Below are positions 36,616 to 45,361 of a stretch of 64,000 nucleotides of DNA, in pieces. This stretch comes from an uncultured Gemmatimonadales bacterium (lineage in GTDB: Bacteria; Gemmatimonadota; Gemmatimonadetes; Gemmatimonadales; GWC2-71-9), in contig CAVSQW010000015.1 in the NCBI GenBank assembly GCA_963730185.1, positions 384,001-448,000 on the forward strand, in the 5' to 3' direction. The translations under genes were made by a program, and so were the position numbers. Numbering within the stretch: position 1 is the first letter of the stretch; each line of letters begins with the position of its first letter. Under the pieces are notes generated by a model. It did no database searches. It had not been told where the DNA came from and was given only the letters and a program-made list of their open reading frames with translations.

Positions 36616-38052
36616 GTGCAGTCGATCCGGCGCCGACTCACCTTCGGCTACATCGGGGCGCTGGCCCTGACGATGGCGCTCTTCGGGGTGATCCTCTACC
36701 TCGACCGGCGTCAGGCCAGCGTTCGCGATCTCGACGGGCGGCTCGAGGTCGAGGCCGATCTCACCCTCCGCTACCTCCGCGACCTCCAGTCGCTCGGCCG
36801 GCTCGACCTGATCCTCAACACCACCGCGTCCTATTTCGAGAGCTTCCGGCATTACCTCGTCTTCCTCTCCACCGAGGGTCCGGTGGTCGTGTCGATCGAC
36901 CCCGCGGTGTCGCTGGACAGCGCGGCGGTGGAGCGGCTCAAGGAGCTGATCGTCGGGCCGCCGCCGCCGGACCGCCGGGTCGGGACCGCGACGATCATTC
37001 CGGGGGAGCTGACCGTGCGGTACGTGGTCTCGCCGGTGCGGCTGGGCGGGTCGCGGCTCCAGGCGGTCCTGATCGCCGCCAACCTCGACGAGGTCGCCTT
37101 CGGGCCCACGGCCCTCCTCCGCTCCATGCTGGTGATCGCCCCCGTGGTGCTCACGGTTTCGGTGCTGCTGGGCTACTCCCTGGCGGGCCCGAGCCTCCGC
37201 CCGCTCGAAACGATGGTGGACGAGCTGACCGCCATCACCGACGGCCGGAGCCTCCACCGCCGGCTCCCGGTGGAGCCGGGCGCGACCAACGAGGTGGCTC
37301 GGCTAGTCCAAGCGGTCAACGGCATGTTCGCCCGGCTGGAGCAGAGCTTCGTGGCTCAGCAGCGGTTCGTGGCCGACGCGAGCCACGAGCTCAAGACGCC
37401 CCTGATGGTGCTCCGGGCCGGGGTCGAGCGGGCCCTGACCGACCCCAGCGCGCCGGCCGAGAGCTACCAGGCCCTCGACGAGTCGCTCCAGGAAGTGAAT
37501 CGGATGGCGGAGCTGGTCGACAACCTCCTCACCCTGGCCCGGGCCGACGAGGGCCGGGCCCCGATCGCGGTGGCCCCGAACGACCTCCGGGAGCTGGTGA
37601 ACGAGGCGGTCGAGACCACCCAGCTGCTGGCCGAGGCCACGGGGCTCAGCGTGGTGACCCAGATTCCGAGCGATCCGGTCGTGTTGCCGGTCGACCCCAC
37701 CCGAATCCGGCAGCTCCTGCTCAACCTGATCACCAACGCCGTGAAATACACGCCAGCCGGCGGCGAGGTGAGCCTGGGGCTGGCCGATCAGGGTGACACG
37801 GTGCAGCTGGTGGTTCGGGACACCGGGATCGGGATCGCGGCGGGCGATCTCCCTCACATTTTCGACCGCTTCTGGCGGGCGGATCCCGCCCGGTCCCGCG
37901 ATCTGGAGCGGAGCGGCACCGGGCTCGGCCTCGCGATCACCAAGTGGATCGCGGAGGCGCACGGAGGGTCGATCACGGTCCAAAGCCGCCCTGGCCGAGG
38001 GACGATTTTTACCGTATCATTGCCGCGCGCCACTCGCGACGCGGTCGGCTAG
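36616..38052 (+). CDS. Membrane HAMP sensor histidine kinase (CusS-like)
   Basis: Two TM segments, HAMP, FVADASHELKTPL, NAVKYT, DTGIGI, FDRFWR, GTGLGL. Confidence 0.93.
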   Translation: MQSIRRRLTFGYIGALALTMALFGVILYLDRRQASVRDLDGRLEVEADLTLRYLRDLQSLGRLDLILNTTASYFESFRHYLVFLSTEGPVVVSIDPAVSLDSAAVERLKELIVGPPPPDRRVGTATIIPGELTVRYVVSPVRLGGSRLQAVLIAANLDEVAFGPTALLRSMLVIAPVVLTVSVLLGYSLAGPSLRPLETMVDELTAITDGRSLHRRLPVEPGATNEVARLVQAVNGMFARLEQSFVAQQRFVADASHELKTPLMVLRAGVERALTDPSAPAESYQALDESLQEVNRMAELVDNLLTLARADEGRAPIAVAPNDLRELVNEAVETTQLLAEATGLSVVTQIPSDPVVLPVDPTRIRQLLLNLITNAVKYTPAGGEVSLGLADQGDTVQLVVRDTGIGIAAGDLPHIFDRFWRADPARSRDLERSGTGLGLAITKWIAEAHGGSITVQSRPGRGTIFTVSLPRATRDAVG

Positions 38053-38067
38053 TTCGAGACGCGGTGA

Positions 38068-38117
38068 TCTAATCGTCCTGTAATTGTTTTGTCATGTGGT
38101 GGTCAGGCGGGTGTCAC
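38068..38117 (+). promoter_or_regulatory. Five 11-bp-period half-sites (Pho-box/OmpR-family tandem array)
   Basis: TCTAAT 38068, TGTAAT 38079, TGTCAT 38090, GGTCAG 38101, TGTCAC 38112. Confidence 0.7.
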
Positions 38118-38168
38118 GCCAGGCTGCTTCATTACGCGTGGGTCCGTTGACTCCTCTGGAGGCGTTGC

Positions 38169-38875
38169 ATGTTCGAAAACCTCATCGAGTCCCAGCCCAG
38201 GCGCTTCAAGTCCTTCGGCAACACGGGCTTTTCGTTGGTGCTGCATTTGTTGCTGGCCTATGCCGCCATCAAGGCGACGTCGGGCGCGGCCGAGACGCTG
38301 AAGGCGATCATGCAGGATACGACGGCATGTTCATCCTGAAAGCGCCTGAGCCCCCCCCGCCGCCTCCACCCGACCACGCCGCCGCCCGACGCGGTCGTGA
38401 CCGCCAATCCGCCGCCGCAGGGCTTCCAGACGGTGATGCCCCCGACGGAGATCCCGAAGGACATTCCGCCGGTCGACCTGAACGAGCGGTTCGACGCGAA
38501 GGACTTCAGCGGCAAGGGCGTCGAGGGCGGCATCGCCACCGGGGTGGTGGGCGGGACCGGTCCGGTGTCCACCACCGAGACCTTCACGGACGCCGAGGTG
38601 GATGATCCGGTCCGCCCGCTCACATTCCGAGGCCGCGCTACCCGCCCGTGCTCCAGCAGGCCGGCATCGCCGGCAGCGTCGACGTGCAGTACGTGGTCGA
38701 CACACTCGGCCGGGCCGAGCCGCCTTCGTGGAAGGTGATTCGGAGCACGAACAAAGCGTTCGAGGACCCGGCCCGCGAAGCGATCATGGCAGGCAAGTTC
38801 AAGCCCGCCCGGATTCGCGGCCAGGCCGTCCGCCAGCTGGTCCAGCAGCGGATCTCGTTCACGATCGGGCGATAG
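38169..38875 (+). CDS. tonB: Energy transducer TonB (apparent frameshifts at about 38325, 38375 and 38625)
   Basis: GGAGG RBS; MFENLIES, TM anchor SLVLH, Pro-rich linker, C-domain GIAGSVDVQYVVDTLG..FKPARIRGQAVRQ spread over several frames. Confidence 0.8.
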
Positions 38876-38945
38876 CGTCCGGCCCGCCGGACGTCGGGAC
38901 TTAAACGAGCGACACCACCTTATCTACTCGAAGGAGTCGTGACCG

Positions 38946-39696
38946 ATGGGCATTGATATTCTGACCCTCTACGAGCACGCCAACACGTTCGCTCGCGCGA
39001 TCGTGTGGATCCTGTTGTTCATGTCGTTCTTCTCGCTCACGGTCGCGATCGGCAAGGCCATCAAGGTGTTCAAGAGCACCTCGGCGACCCGCAAGTTCGC
39101 CCCCCAGTTCTCCCGGGCCATTCAGGAAGAGCAGCTCGATCAGGCGATCGCGCTCGCCGAGAAGAACCAGAACGAGCCACGTCGCCAGGGTGCTCGGCGG
39201 CGCGCTGACCGAGGTCAAGCCGCTGCTCCGTGACCGGGCCACCATCACCGCCGCCGACATCAACTCGGCCGAGCGGGCGGTGGAGCGGCAGATGCTGATC
39301 ACCCTCTCCGACTTCAAGCGCGGGCTCGGCATCCTGGCCACGGTCGGCGCCACCGGCCCGTTCGTCGGATTGCTGGGCACCACGATGGGCATCGTGACGG
39401 CGTTCACCGGCCATGTCGGCCGGCGGCGCCTCGGGCGGTCTGGCCGGCATCGCGGGCGGTATCTCCGAAGCCCTGATCACCACGGCGCTGGGCCTCCTGG
39501 TCGCCATCCCGGCGGTGTGGTTCTACAACTACTTCACCACCAAGATCGAGTATCTCACGGTCGAGATGACGTACAGCTCCAAGGAGCTGATCGACTACCT
39601 GATCAAGAGCGTGGGCAGCGAGTTCGGGCGCTCGATCTTCACCAAGGAATTCCAGGCCCAGAAGGCGGTGAGCGGCAGTGGCCATATCACGGTTAA
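38946..39696 (+). CDS. exbB: ExbB/TolQ/MotA proton channel (apparent frameshifts at about 39172, 39412 and near the 3' end)
   Basis: LATVGATGPFVGLLGTTMGI, GISEALITTALGLLVAIPAVWFYNYF. Confidence 0.82.
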
Positions 39697-39699
39697 GCA

Positions 39700-40143
39700 G
39701 GCCGGCGCGACCGCCGTCAAAGCGGAGCCGAACGTCATTCCGATGATCGACATCATGCTGGTGCTCCTGATCATCTTCATGATCGTGACGCCGCTCATCG
39801 CGAATGGCTTTCAGGCGACGATGCCGCAGGGGGCAAGAACCTCGACAAGCGGCCCGAGGGCGACGACGAAATCGTCCTGGGCATCGACCAGAACGGCGCC
39901 TACTTCCTGAACGGCACGCCGATTCCGGCCGACGTGCTGCCGGATCAGCTCCGCGCCATCTACGCCGCGCGGACCAAGGACAAGATCATGTACTTCAGCG
40001 CCGACAAGGGGCTCAAGTACAGCAAGATCCAGGACGCCGTCGAGATCGCCCGCCAGGCCGGGGTCCGCGTGTTGTCGGCGATCACCGAGATCGAACAGAA
40101 GGGTGGTCTGTTCGGCGAAGACACCGAGCAAGTAGGAGGATAG
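39700..40143 (+). CDS. exbD: ExbD/TolR 1 (start uncertain; frameshift in the G run at about 39830)
   Basis: AEPNVIPMIDIMLVLLIIFMIVTP; ADKGLKYSKIQDAVEIARQAGV. Confidence 0.75.
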   Translation, partial: GRRDRRQSGAERHSDDRHHAGAPDHLHDRDAAHREWLSGDDAAGGKNLDKRPEGDDEIVLGIDQNGAYFLNGTPIPADVLPDQLRAIYAARTKDKIMYFSADKGLKYSKIQDAVEIARQAGVRVLSAITEIEQKGGLFGEDTEQVGG

Positions 40144-40147
40144 CTCC

Positions 40148-40557
40148 ATGGCCATGTCAGTTGCCGGTGAGGCTGGTGGCGTCAACTCGGAAACCGAACG
40201 TGATGCCGATGATCGACATTCTGCTGGTGCTGCTGATCATCTTCATGATCTCGCAGCCGCTGGCCCGAATGGCGATCGACGTCCAGGTCCCGCCGGTGGA
40301 GACGTCGACCAACACCGGCGCCCTCGACCCAGATCGTGCTCGCGATTCTGGCGGACGGGAGTTACGAGATCAATGGGCAGCCGGTACCGCCTGGCCAGCT
40401 GGACACGCAGATCCACGCGATCTACGACAGCCGGCCGACCAAGCTGCTCTTCATGAAGTCCGACCCGGATCGGACCTACCAGGACCTGATCCAGGCCATG
40501 GACATCGTGCGAGGCGCCGGCGTCCAAGTCGTCGGCCTCACGCCCAAGGGCACCTGA
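40148..40557 (+). CDS. exbD: ExbD/TolR 2 (apparent frameshifts at about 40193 and 40322)
   Basis: AGGAGGA RBS; PNVMPMIDILLVLLIIFMI; YQDLIQAMDIVRGAGVQVVGL. Confidence 0.78.
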
Positions 40558-40580
40558 GCCGAGGCTCGGGCACCACGAGA

Positions 40581-40617
40581 GCGAAGGGCCGGGATTCATC
40601 CCGGCCCTTTCGCTTTT
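40581..40617 (+). terminator. Rho-independent terminator of the tonB-exbBDD operon
   Basis: GCGAAGGGCCGGGAT..ATCCCGGCCCTTTCGC followed by TTTT. Confidence 0.85.
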
Positions 40618-40670
40618 CCACTCCTCAGGGCGAATCTTTCAGGTGACCTGGCCCGTTTCCTTCTGATACG

Positions 40671-41462
40671 ATGTCGTCTGCCGCCCGCCGCCCGCCGCCC
40701 GCCGCCATCGGCCGTGGTCTGCCCCGCTCTCGCCGTTCGGCCGCCGGGGCGGTGCTCGCGCTGCTCTTCCACCTGGCCCTCGGTGCCTTGATCCTCTGGT
40801 ACGCCCCGTTTCAGCACTACGACTTCGAGGCGCCCTCGGGCGGGGCGGGACACTCGGCGCCTGGCGGTGGCGGTGGCGGTGGGGGCCGCGAGGTCCAGAT
40901 GGTGATGCTGGCCCAGGCTCCCGCGCCGCCCCCGGTGCCCGTCCCCAAGGTGCAGCCCCCGCCGCCTCCGGTCGTGGAGCCGGAGATTCCGGTCTCGACG
41001 CCCACCCCGATCCCGACCCCCGACACCTTGGTGGTGGCCGCCACCGGCGATTCGGCCGCCGGGATGACCACCAGCGGCCAGGGCACCGGCTCCGGGACCG
41101 GCAAGGGATCCGGGACCGGGACGGGGACCGGCTCCGGGTCAGGCTCGGGAAACGGATCGGGGCGGGGGGCCGGCAACGGTCCGGGGACCGGTGGCGGCGG
41201 GAAGGCCCGTCCGCCCGAGCCGAGACAGCTGATCCTGCCCCCGCCCGACGTGCCCGGGAGCCTGCGGGGTGTCACGATCGCGGTTACCTTCAACGTCGGC
41301 CCGGATGGACGGGTCGTGGACGTGAGCTTCGACCCTGAACCCGACGATCGGGGCTTCGCCCGAAAGCTCGAGGACGTCCTCCGGAGCTATCGCTTCCGCC
41401 CGGCGCGCGGCCCTGACGGGCTGCCCATCGCCGGAACGACCATCGTGAGCCTCACCTTCTAG
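40671..41462 (+). CDS. TonB-like membrane-anchored protein with Pro-rich and Gly/Ser/Thr-rich linkers
   Basis: TM segment with ALLFH, PPPPVPVP, (GT/GS)n, C-terminal VGPDGRV..YRFRPARGPDGLPI. Confidence 0.75.
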   Translation: MSSAARRPPPAAIGRGLPRSRRSAAGAVLALLFHLALGALILWYAPFQHYDFEAPSGGAGHSAPGGGGGGGGREVQMVMLAQAPAPPPVPVPKVQPPPPPVVEPEIPVSTPTPIPTPDTLVVAATGDSAAGMTTSGQGTGSGTGKGSGTGTGTGSGSGSGNGSGRGAGNGPGTGGGGKARPPEPRQLILPPPDVPGSLRGVTIAVTFNVGPDGRVVDVSFDPEPDDRGFARKLEDVLRSYRFRPARGPDGLPIAGTTIVSLTF

Positions 41463-41537
41463 CAGCCCGACCGTCCCCGCGACGGTCCGTTCCGATCTGG
41501 GTCCTGGTCCACCCCTCACCGGAGACCGCCACCACCC

Positions 41538-43085
41538 ATGAATCAGCTGTTCCGCCGGAAATCGATCGCCGACTTCGAAGCCGACATCGCCGAGCGCGGC
41601 GGTCTGAAACGCACCCTGAACAAGTGGCACCTCACCGCCCTCGGCGTAGGCGCCACCATCGGCGCCGGCATTTTCGCCACCGTGGGCACCGCCATCGTGG
41701 GCGACCCGGCCCGGCCCGGCGCCGGCCCCGCAATCGTGCTGAGCATGATCCTGACCGCCGCGGCCTGTGGGTTCGCGGCGCTCTGCTATGCGGAGTTCGC
41801 CGCGATGGTCCCGATCGCGGGCTCCGCCTACACCTACGCCTATGCCTCGCTCGGCGAGCTGGTGGCCTGGATCATCGGCTGGGACCTGGTCATCGAGTAT
41901 GCCGTCGGGAACATCGGGGTCGCGATCGGCTGGGCGGGTTACTTCCGGGAGCTCCTGAGCCACCTCGGCGTGAATCTCCCGGCCTGGCTGTCGACCGACT
42001 ACCGCTCCGCCCATGCCGCCGTCGAGGCGATCGCCGGCGGCGCCGCCGATGCCACCAGCCAGTTCCTGGCCTCGGCGGTGGCCTCGGCGCCCCACGTCTT
42101 CGGCCTGCCCATCATCTTCAACCTGCCGGCCTTCGGCGTGGTGGCACTGCTCACCATCCTGTTGGTCAAGGGCGTCAAGGAGTCGGCCGCCTCCAACAAC
42201 GCGATGGTGATCCTCAAGCTCGCGATCATCCTTTTCTTTTGCGCGGTGGGCGCGTTCCTGGTCAAGCCCGGCAACTGGACCAATCCCCAGCTGGGCGGGT
42301 TCATGCCCAACGGGTGGGCCGGGGTGAGCGCCGGGGCCGCCATCATCTTTTTCAGCTACATCGGTTTCGACGCCGTGTCCACGGCCGCGGAGGAGACCCG
42401 CGACCCGGCCCGCGACATGCCGTTCGGGATCATCATGAGCCTGGTGATCTGCACCGTGGTCTACATCGTGCTCTCCGTGGTCATGACCGGGATGGCGCCC
42501 TGGAACGTCTTGGGCACGCCGGAGCCGATGATCACCGCGCTGGAGCACGCCGCCGGCCCCCCGATGCTGCTCCGCTTTTCCCGGTTGATCATCTCGGTCG
42601 GCGCGGTGGTGGCGATGGGCAGCGTGCTGCTGGTGTTTCAGATGGGCCAGCCCCGGATCTTCTTCTCGATGTCGCGGGACGGGCTCCTGCCGCCCGTCAT
42701 GGCCAAGGTCCATCCCAAGTACAAGACGCCCTACGTCGGCACCATTCTGACCGGGATCTTCGTGGCCTCGTTCGCCGCGGTGGCCAACATCGCCGAGGTC
42801 GTGGACCTGACCAACATCGGGACGCTGTTTGCGTTCGTCCTGGTCTCGATCGGGGTGATCGTGCTCCGCTACAAGGAGCCCGACCGGCACCGGCCGTTCC
42901 GGGTGCCGGGGGCGCCGTTCACGCCGCTGATCTCCGTGGCCGCCTGTCTCTATCTGATGCTCCAGCTCCCCCGGGTCACCTGGATCCGGTTCGTGGTCTG
43001 GCTCGCCGTCGGCCTGGTGATCTACTTCCTCTACGGGCGGATCCACAGCCGGCTCCGGCGGAGCGACCAAGCCACCCAGGGATGA
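41538..43085 (+). CDS. APC-family (cationic amino acid type) permease
   Basis: GVGATIGAGIF, YAEFAAMVPIAGSAYTY, FFSYIGFDAVSTAAEE, MSRDGLLP. Confidence 0.93.
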   Translation: MNQLFRRKSIADFEADIAERGGLKRTLNKWHLTALGVGATIGAGIFATVGTAIVGDPARPGAGPAIVLSMILTAAACGFAALCYAEFAAMVPIAGSAYTYAYASLGELVAWIIGWDLVIEYAVGNIGVAIGWAGYFRELLSHLGVNLPAWLSTDYRSAHAAVEAIAGGAADATSQFLASAVASAPHVFGLPIIFNLPAFGVVALLTILLVKGVKESAASNNAMVILKLAIILFFCAVGAFLVKPGNWTNPQLGGFMPNGWAGVSAGAAIIFFSYIGFDAVSTAAEETRDPARDMPFGIIMSLVICTVVYIVLSVVMTGMAPWNVLGTPEPMITALEHAAGPPMLLRFSRLIISVGAVVAMGSVLLVFQMGQPRIFFSMSRDGLLPPVMAKVHPKYKTPYVGTILTGIFVASFAAVANIAEVVDLTNIGTLFAFVLVSIGVIVLRYKEPDRHRPFRVPGAPFTPLISVAACLYLMLQLPRVTWIRFVVWLAVGLVIYFLYGRIHSRLRRSDQATQG

Positions 43086-43115
43086 GGCCTCAATGAAGCG
43101 AGCTGGAGCGGGGAT

Positions 43116-44483
43116 GTGACCCGGATGGCGCACTCGCCCGCCCGGCTGGGGCGGCGCTTCGATCCCGTGATGGTGGTGGGCGGCGGGATCGGTGGCCTGA
43201 CCGCCGCTCTCGCGCTCCACGCCCGGGGCTTCCGGGTCCGGGTCTTCGAGACCGCCCGCTCGGTCCGCCCGCTGGGCGTGGGGATCAACCTCCTCCCCCA
43301 TTCCGTTCGGGTGCTGACCGAGCTGGGGCTGGGCGACGCCCTCCGGGCCACTGCGCTCGAAACGGCCGAGCTGGTCTACGTCAACAAGCTGGGGCAACGG
43401 ATCTGGGGCGAGCCGCGAGGGCTCGCGGCCGGCTATCCGGTGCCCCAGTTCTCGATTCACCGGGGCGAGCTGCAGCTGCTCCTCCTCCGGGCGGTGCGCC
43501 GCACCCTGGGAGCCTCGGCCGTGATCACCGGAAGTCGGCTCGAATCGTTCGAGATGCGGTCGGCTGGGGTCCGCTGCACCTTTGCCGACCGGCGCCGGAA
43601 CGAGACGGCGATCGAGATCGACGGCACCGCCCTGATCGGCGCCGACGGCATCCACTCGACGGTTCGGCGCCAGCTCTATCCCGACGAGGGGCCTCCGCGC
43701 TTCGCCGGCCGGATGCTCTGGCGGGCCGTGACGGAGAGCGAGCCCTTTCTCGGCGGCCGGACCATGGTGATGGCCGGGCACGCCGACCAGAAGTTCGTCT
43801 GCTATCCGATCTCGCGGGCCCACTTGGAGCGCGGCCGCTCACTCACCAACTGGATCGCCGAGCTCCGGGTCGGGCACGACTCGCCGACCGGTCAGGATTG
43901 GAGTCGGGAGGTCGACCGGGCGATCTTCGCGCCCGCGTTCGAGCGCTGGCGGTTCGACTGGCTCGACGTCCCCGCCCTGATCGCGGGGGCGGAGCGGGTC
44001 TTCGAGTATCCCCTGACCGATCGTGATCCGCTCCCCCGATGGTCGTTCGGCGCGGTGACGCTGCTGGGCGACGCGGCCCACCCGATGTATCCGATCGGCT
44101 CGAACGGCGCGTCGCAGGCGATCCTGGACGCGGAGGCCTTGGCCGAGCGCCTGGCATCCGGTGGGGCCGTCGAGGAGGCGCTGGCGGGGTACGAGGCCGA
44201 TCGGCGCGAGGCGACCGGCGCGATCGTGCTGGCCAACCGGGAGAACGGGCCCGAGCAGGTGATGCAGCTGGCGGAGGAGCGGGCGCCGGAGGGCTTCGAG
44301 CGGATCGCCGACGTCATCTCGCGGGCTGAGCTGGAGGCGATCGCCGCCCGCTACAAGCGGACGGCCGGGTTCAGCCCCGAGCAGGTCCGCCCGGCCGGTT
44401 CTGGTCGCTCGGCCGGCTCGGTCGGCTCGGTCGGCTCGGCCGGCTCGGCCGGCACCGGCGGCCCATCGGCGAGGGGCGCCTAA
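43116..44483 (+). CDS. Group A flavin-dependent monooxygenase
   Basis: GGGIGG, LIGADGIHSTVR, TLLGDAAHPMYPIGSNGASQAILDA; start 43116 or 43125. Confidence 0.9.
   Translation: MTRMAHSPARLGRRFDPVMVVGGGIGGLTAALALHARGFRVRVFETARSVRPLGVGINLLPHSVRVLTELGLGDALRATALETAELVYVNKLGQRIWGEPRGLAAGYPVPQFSIHRGELQLLLLRAVRRTLGASAVITGSRLESFEMRSAGVRCTFADRRRNETAIEIDGTALIGADGIHSTVRRQLYPDEGPPRFAGRMLWRAVTESEPFLGGRTMVMAGHADQKFVCYPISRAHLERGRSLTNWIAELRVGHDSPTGQDWSREVDRAIFAPAFERWRFDWLDVPALIAGAERVFEYPLTDRDPLPRWSFGAVTLLGDAAHPMYPIGSNGASQAILDAEALAERLASGGAVEEALAGYEADRREATGAIVLANRENGPEQVMQLAEERAPEGFERIADVISRAELEAIAARYKRTAGFSPEQVRPAGSGRSAGSVGSVGSAGSAGTGGPSARGA
44406..44450 (+). repeat. 9-bp tandem repeat (GGCTCGGYC)x5 in the monooxygenase 3' end
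   Basis: cgctcggcc ggctcggtc ggctcggtc ggctcggcc ggctcggcc, encoding RSA-GSV-GSV-GSA-GSA. Confidence 0.85.
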
Positions 44484-45361
44484 CGTCGATCGGCGAGCCG
44501 CGGCGCTCCGGCCAGCGGCTCGAGGCCGATCGGGGTTACCGGCAGGCCTGCCTCCTCGAGGGCCTCCACCAGAGCCCCCCGCAGCGGCCCGCCGTCGGCC
44601 AGAAGCCCGCCCCCGAGGCCGAGGGGGAGGGGGCGGATATCGAGGTGCTCCGCCAGTCCCCGGACCAGCTCCGCCAGCTCCCGTCCGCCCCGGTCCAGGA
44701 TCCGCGCCGCCGCCTCGTCGCCGGCCGTGGCCGCCTCGACCACCGCCGCCGCCAAGCCGGCCACCTCCCGCACGGTCGCGTTGGCGGCCCAGCCGACCAG
44801 GTTCCGGAAGCCGTCGCTCCGGGTCACGCGGAGGAGCGCGGCGGTCAGCCCGGTGGCCGGACCCCGGCCGTCGTGGGCCCGCCCCGCCGCGTCGAGCGCG
44901 AGCCTCCCGATCCAGTAGCCGCCGCCCTCGTCGCCCATCTGCCAGCCCAGGCCGCCCCGTTGCGTCGTCCGCCCGTCGGGGCTCCGCGCCATCGCCACGC
45001 TCCCGGTGCCGGCCAGCACCACCACGCCGGCCGGCGGCTCGAACGCCGCCAGCGCCAGCTCGGCATCGGTGGTGACCACCACCCGGTCGGCCAGATGCTC
45101 GCCCCGCAGGGCCGCCCGGAGATCGTTGGCGTCGTCGGTCCGGCCCGCGCCGGCGGCGCCCACCACCAGCACGTCCGCTCGGTGCACGCCCAAAGCGGCC
45201 AGGAGGGTCCGGGCCAGCCCGCCCATCGAGGTGCCGGCCGCGAGGCCCCGGCCGGGACGAAGCGCCGTGCCTGGACCGGTCGCGGTCTTGAGCCGGGCGC
45301 CGTCGCGCCAGACCGCGACCCGGGTTCGGGTGCCTCCGGCGTCGATGCCGATCAGGATCAT
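44480..45361 (-). CDS. BadF/BadG/BcrA/BcrD-family kinase (GlcNAc/MurNAc kinase-like)
   Basis: GIDAGGTRT, VTTDAELAL, LAGTGSVA, GGLGWQMGDEGGGYWIG; ATGA overlap with the symporter. Confidence 0.88.
   Translation of the reverse strand: MILIGIDAGGTRTRVAVWRDGARLKTATGPGTALRPGRGLAAGTSMGGLARTLLAALGVHRADVLVVGAAGAGRTDDANDLRAALRGEHLADRVVVTTDAELALAAFEPPAGVVVLAGTGSVAMARSPDGRTTQRGGLGWQMGDEGGGYWIGRLALDAAGRAHDGRGPATGLTAALLRVTRSDGFRNLVGWAANATVREVAGLAAAVVEAATAGDEAAARILDRGGRELAELVRGLAEHLDIRPLPLGLGGGLLADGGPLRGALVEALEEAGLPVTPIGLEPLAGAPRLADRR

Noticed and set aside
39413..39910. Apparent ExbB-ExbD fusion ORF
   Set aside because: It lies in the most indel-rich stretch, and a TAA at 39694-39696 sits where exbB should end. 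Most likely an artefact unless reads confirm it.
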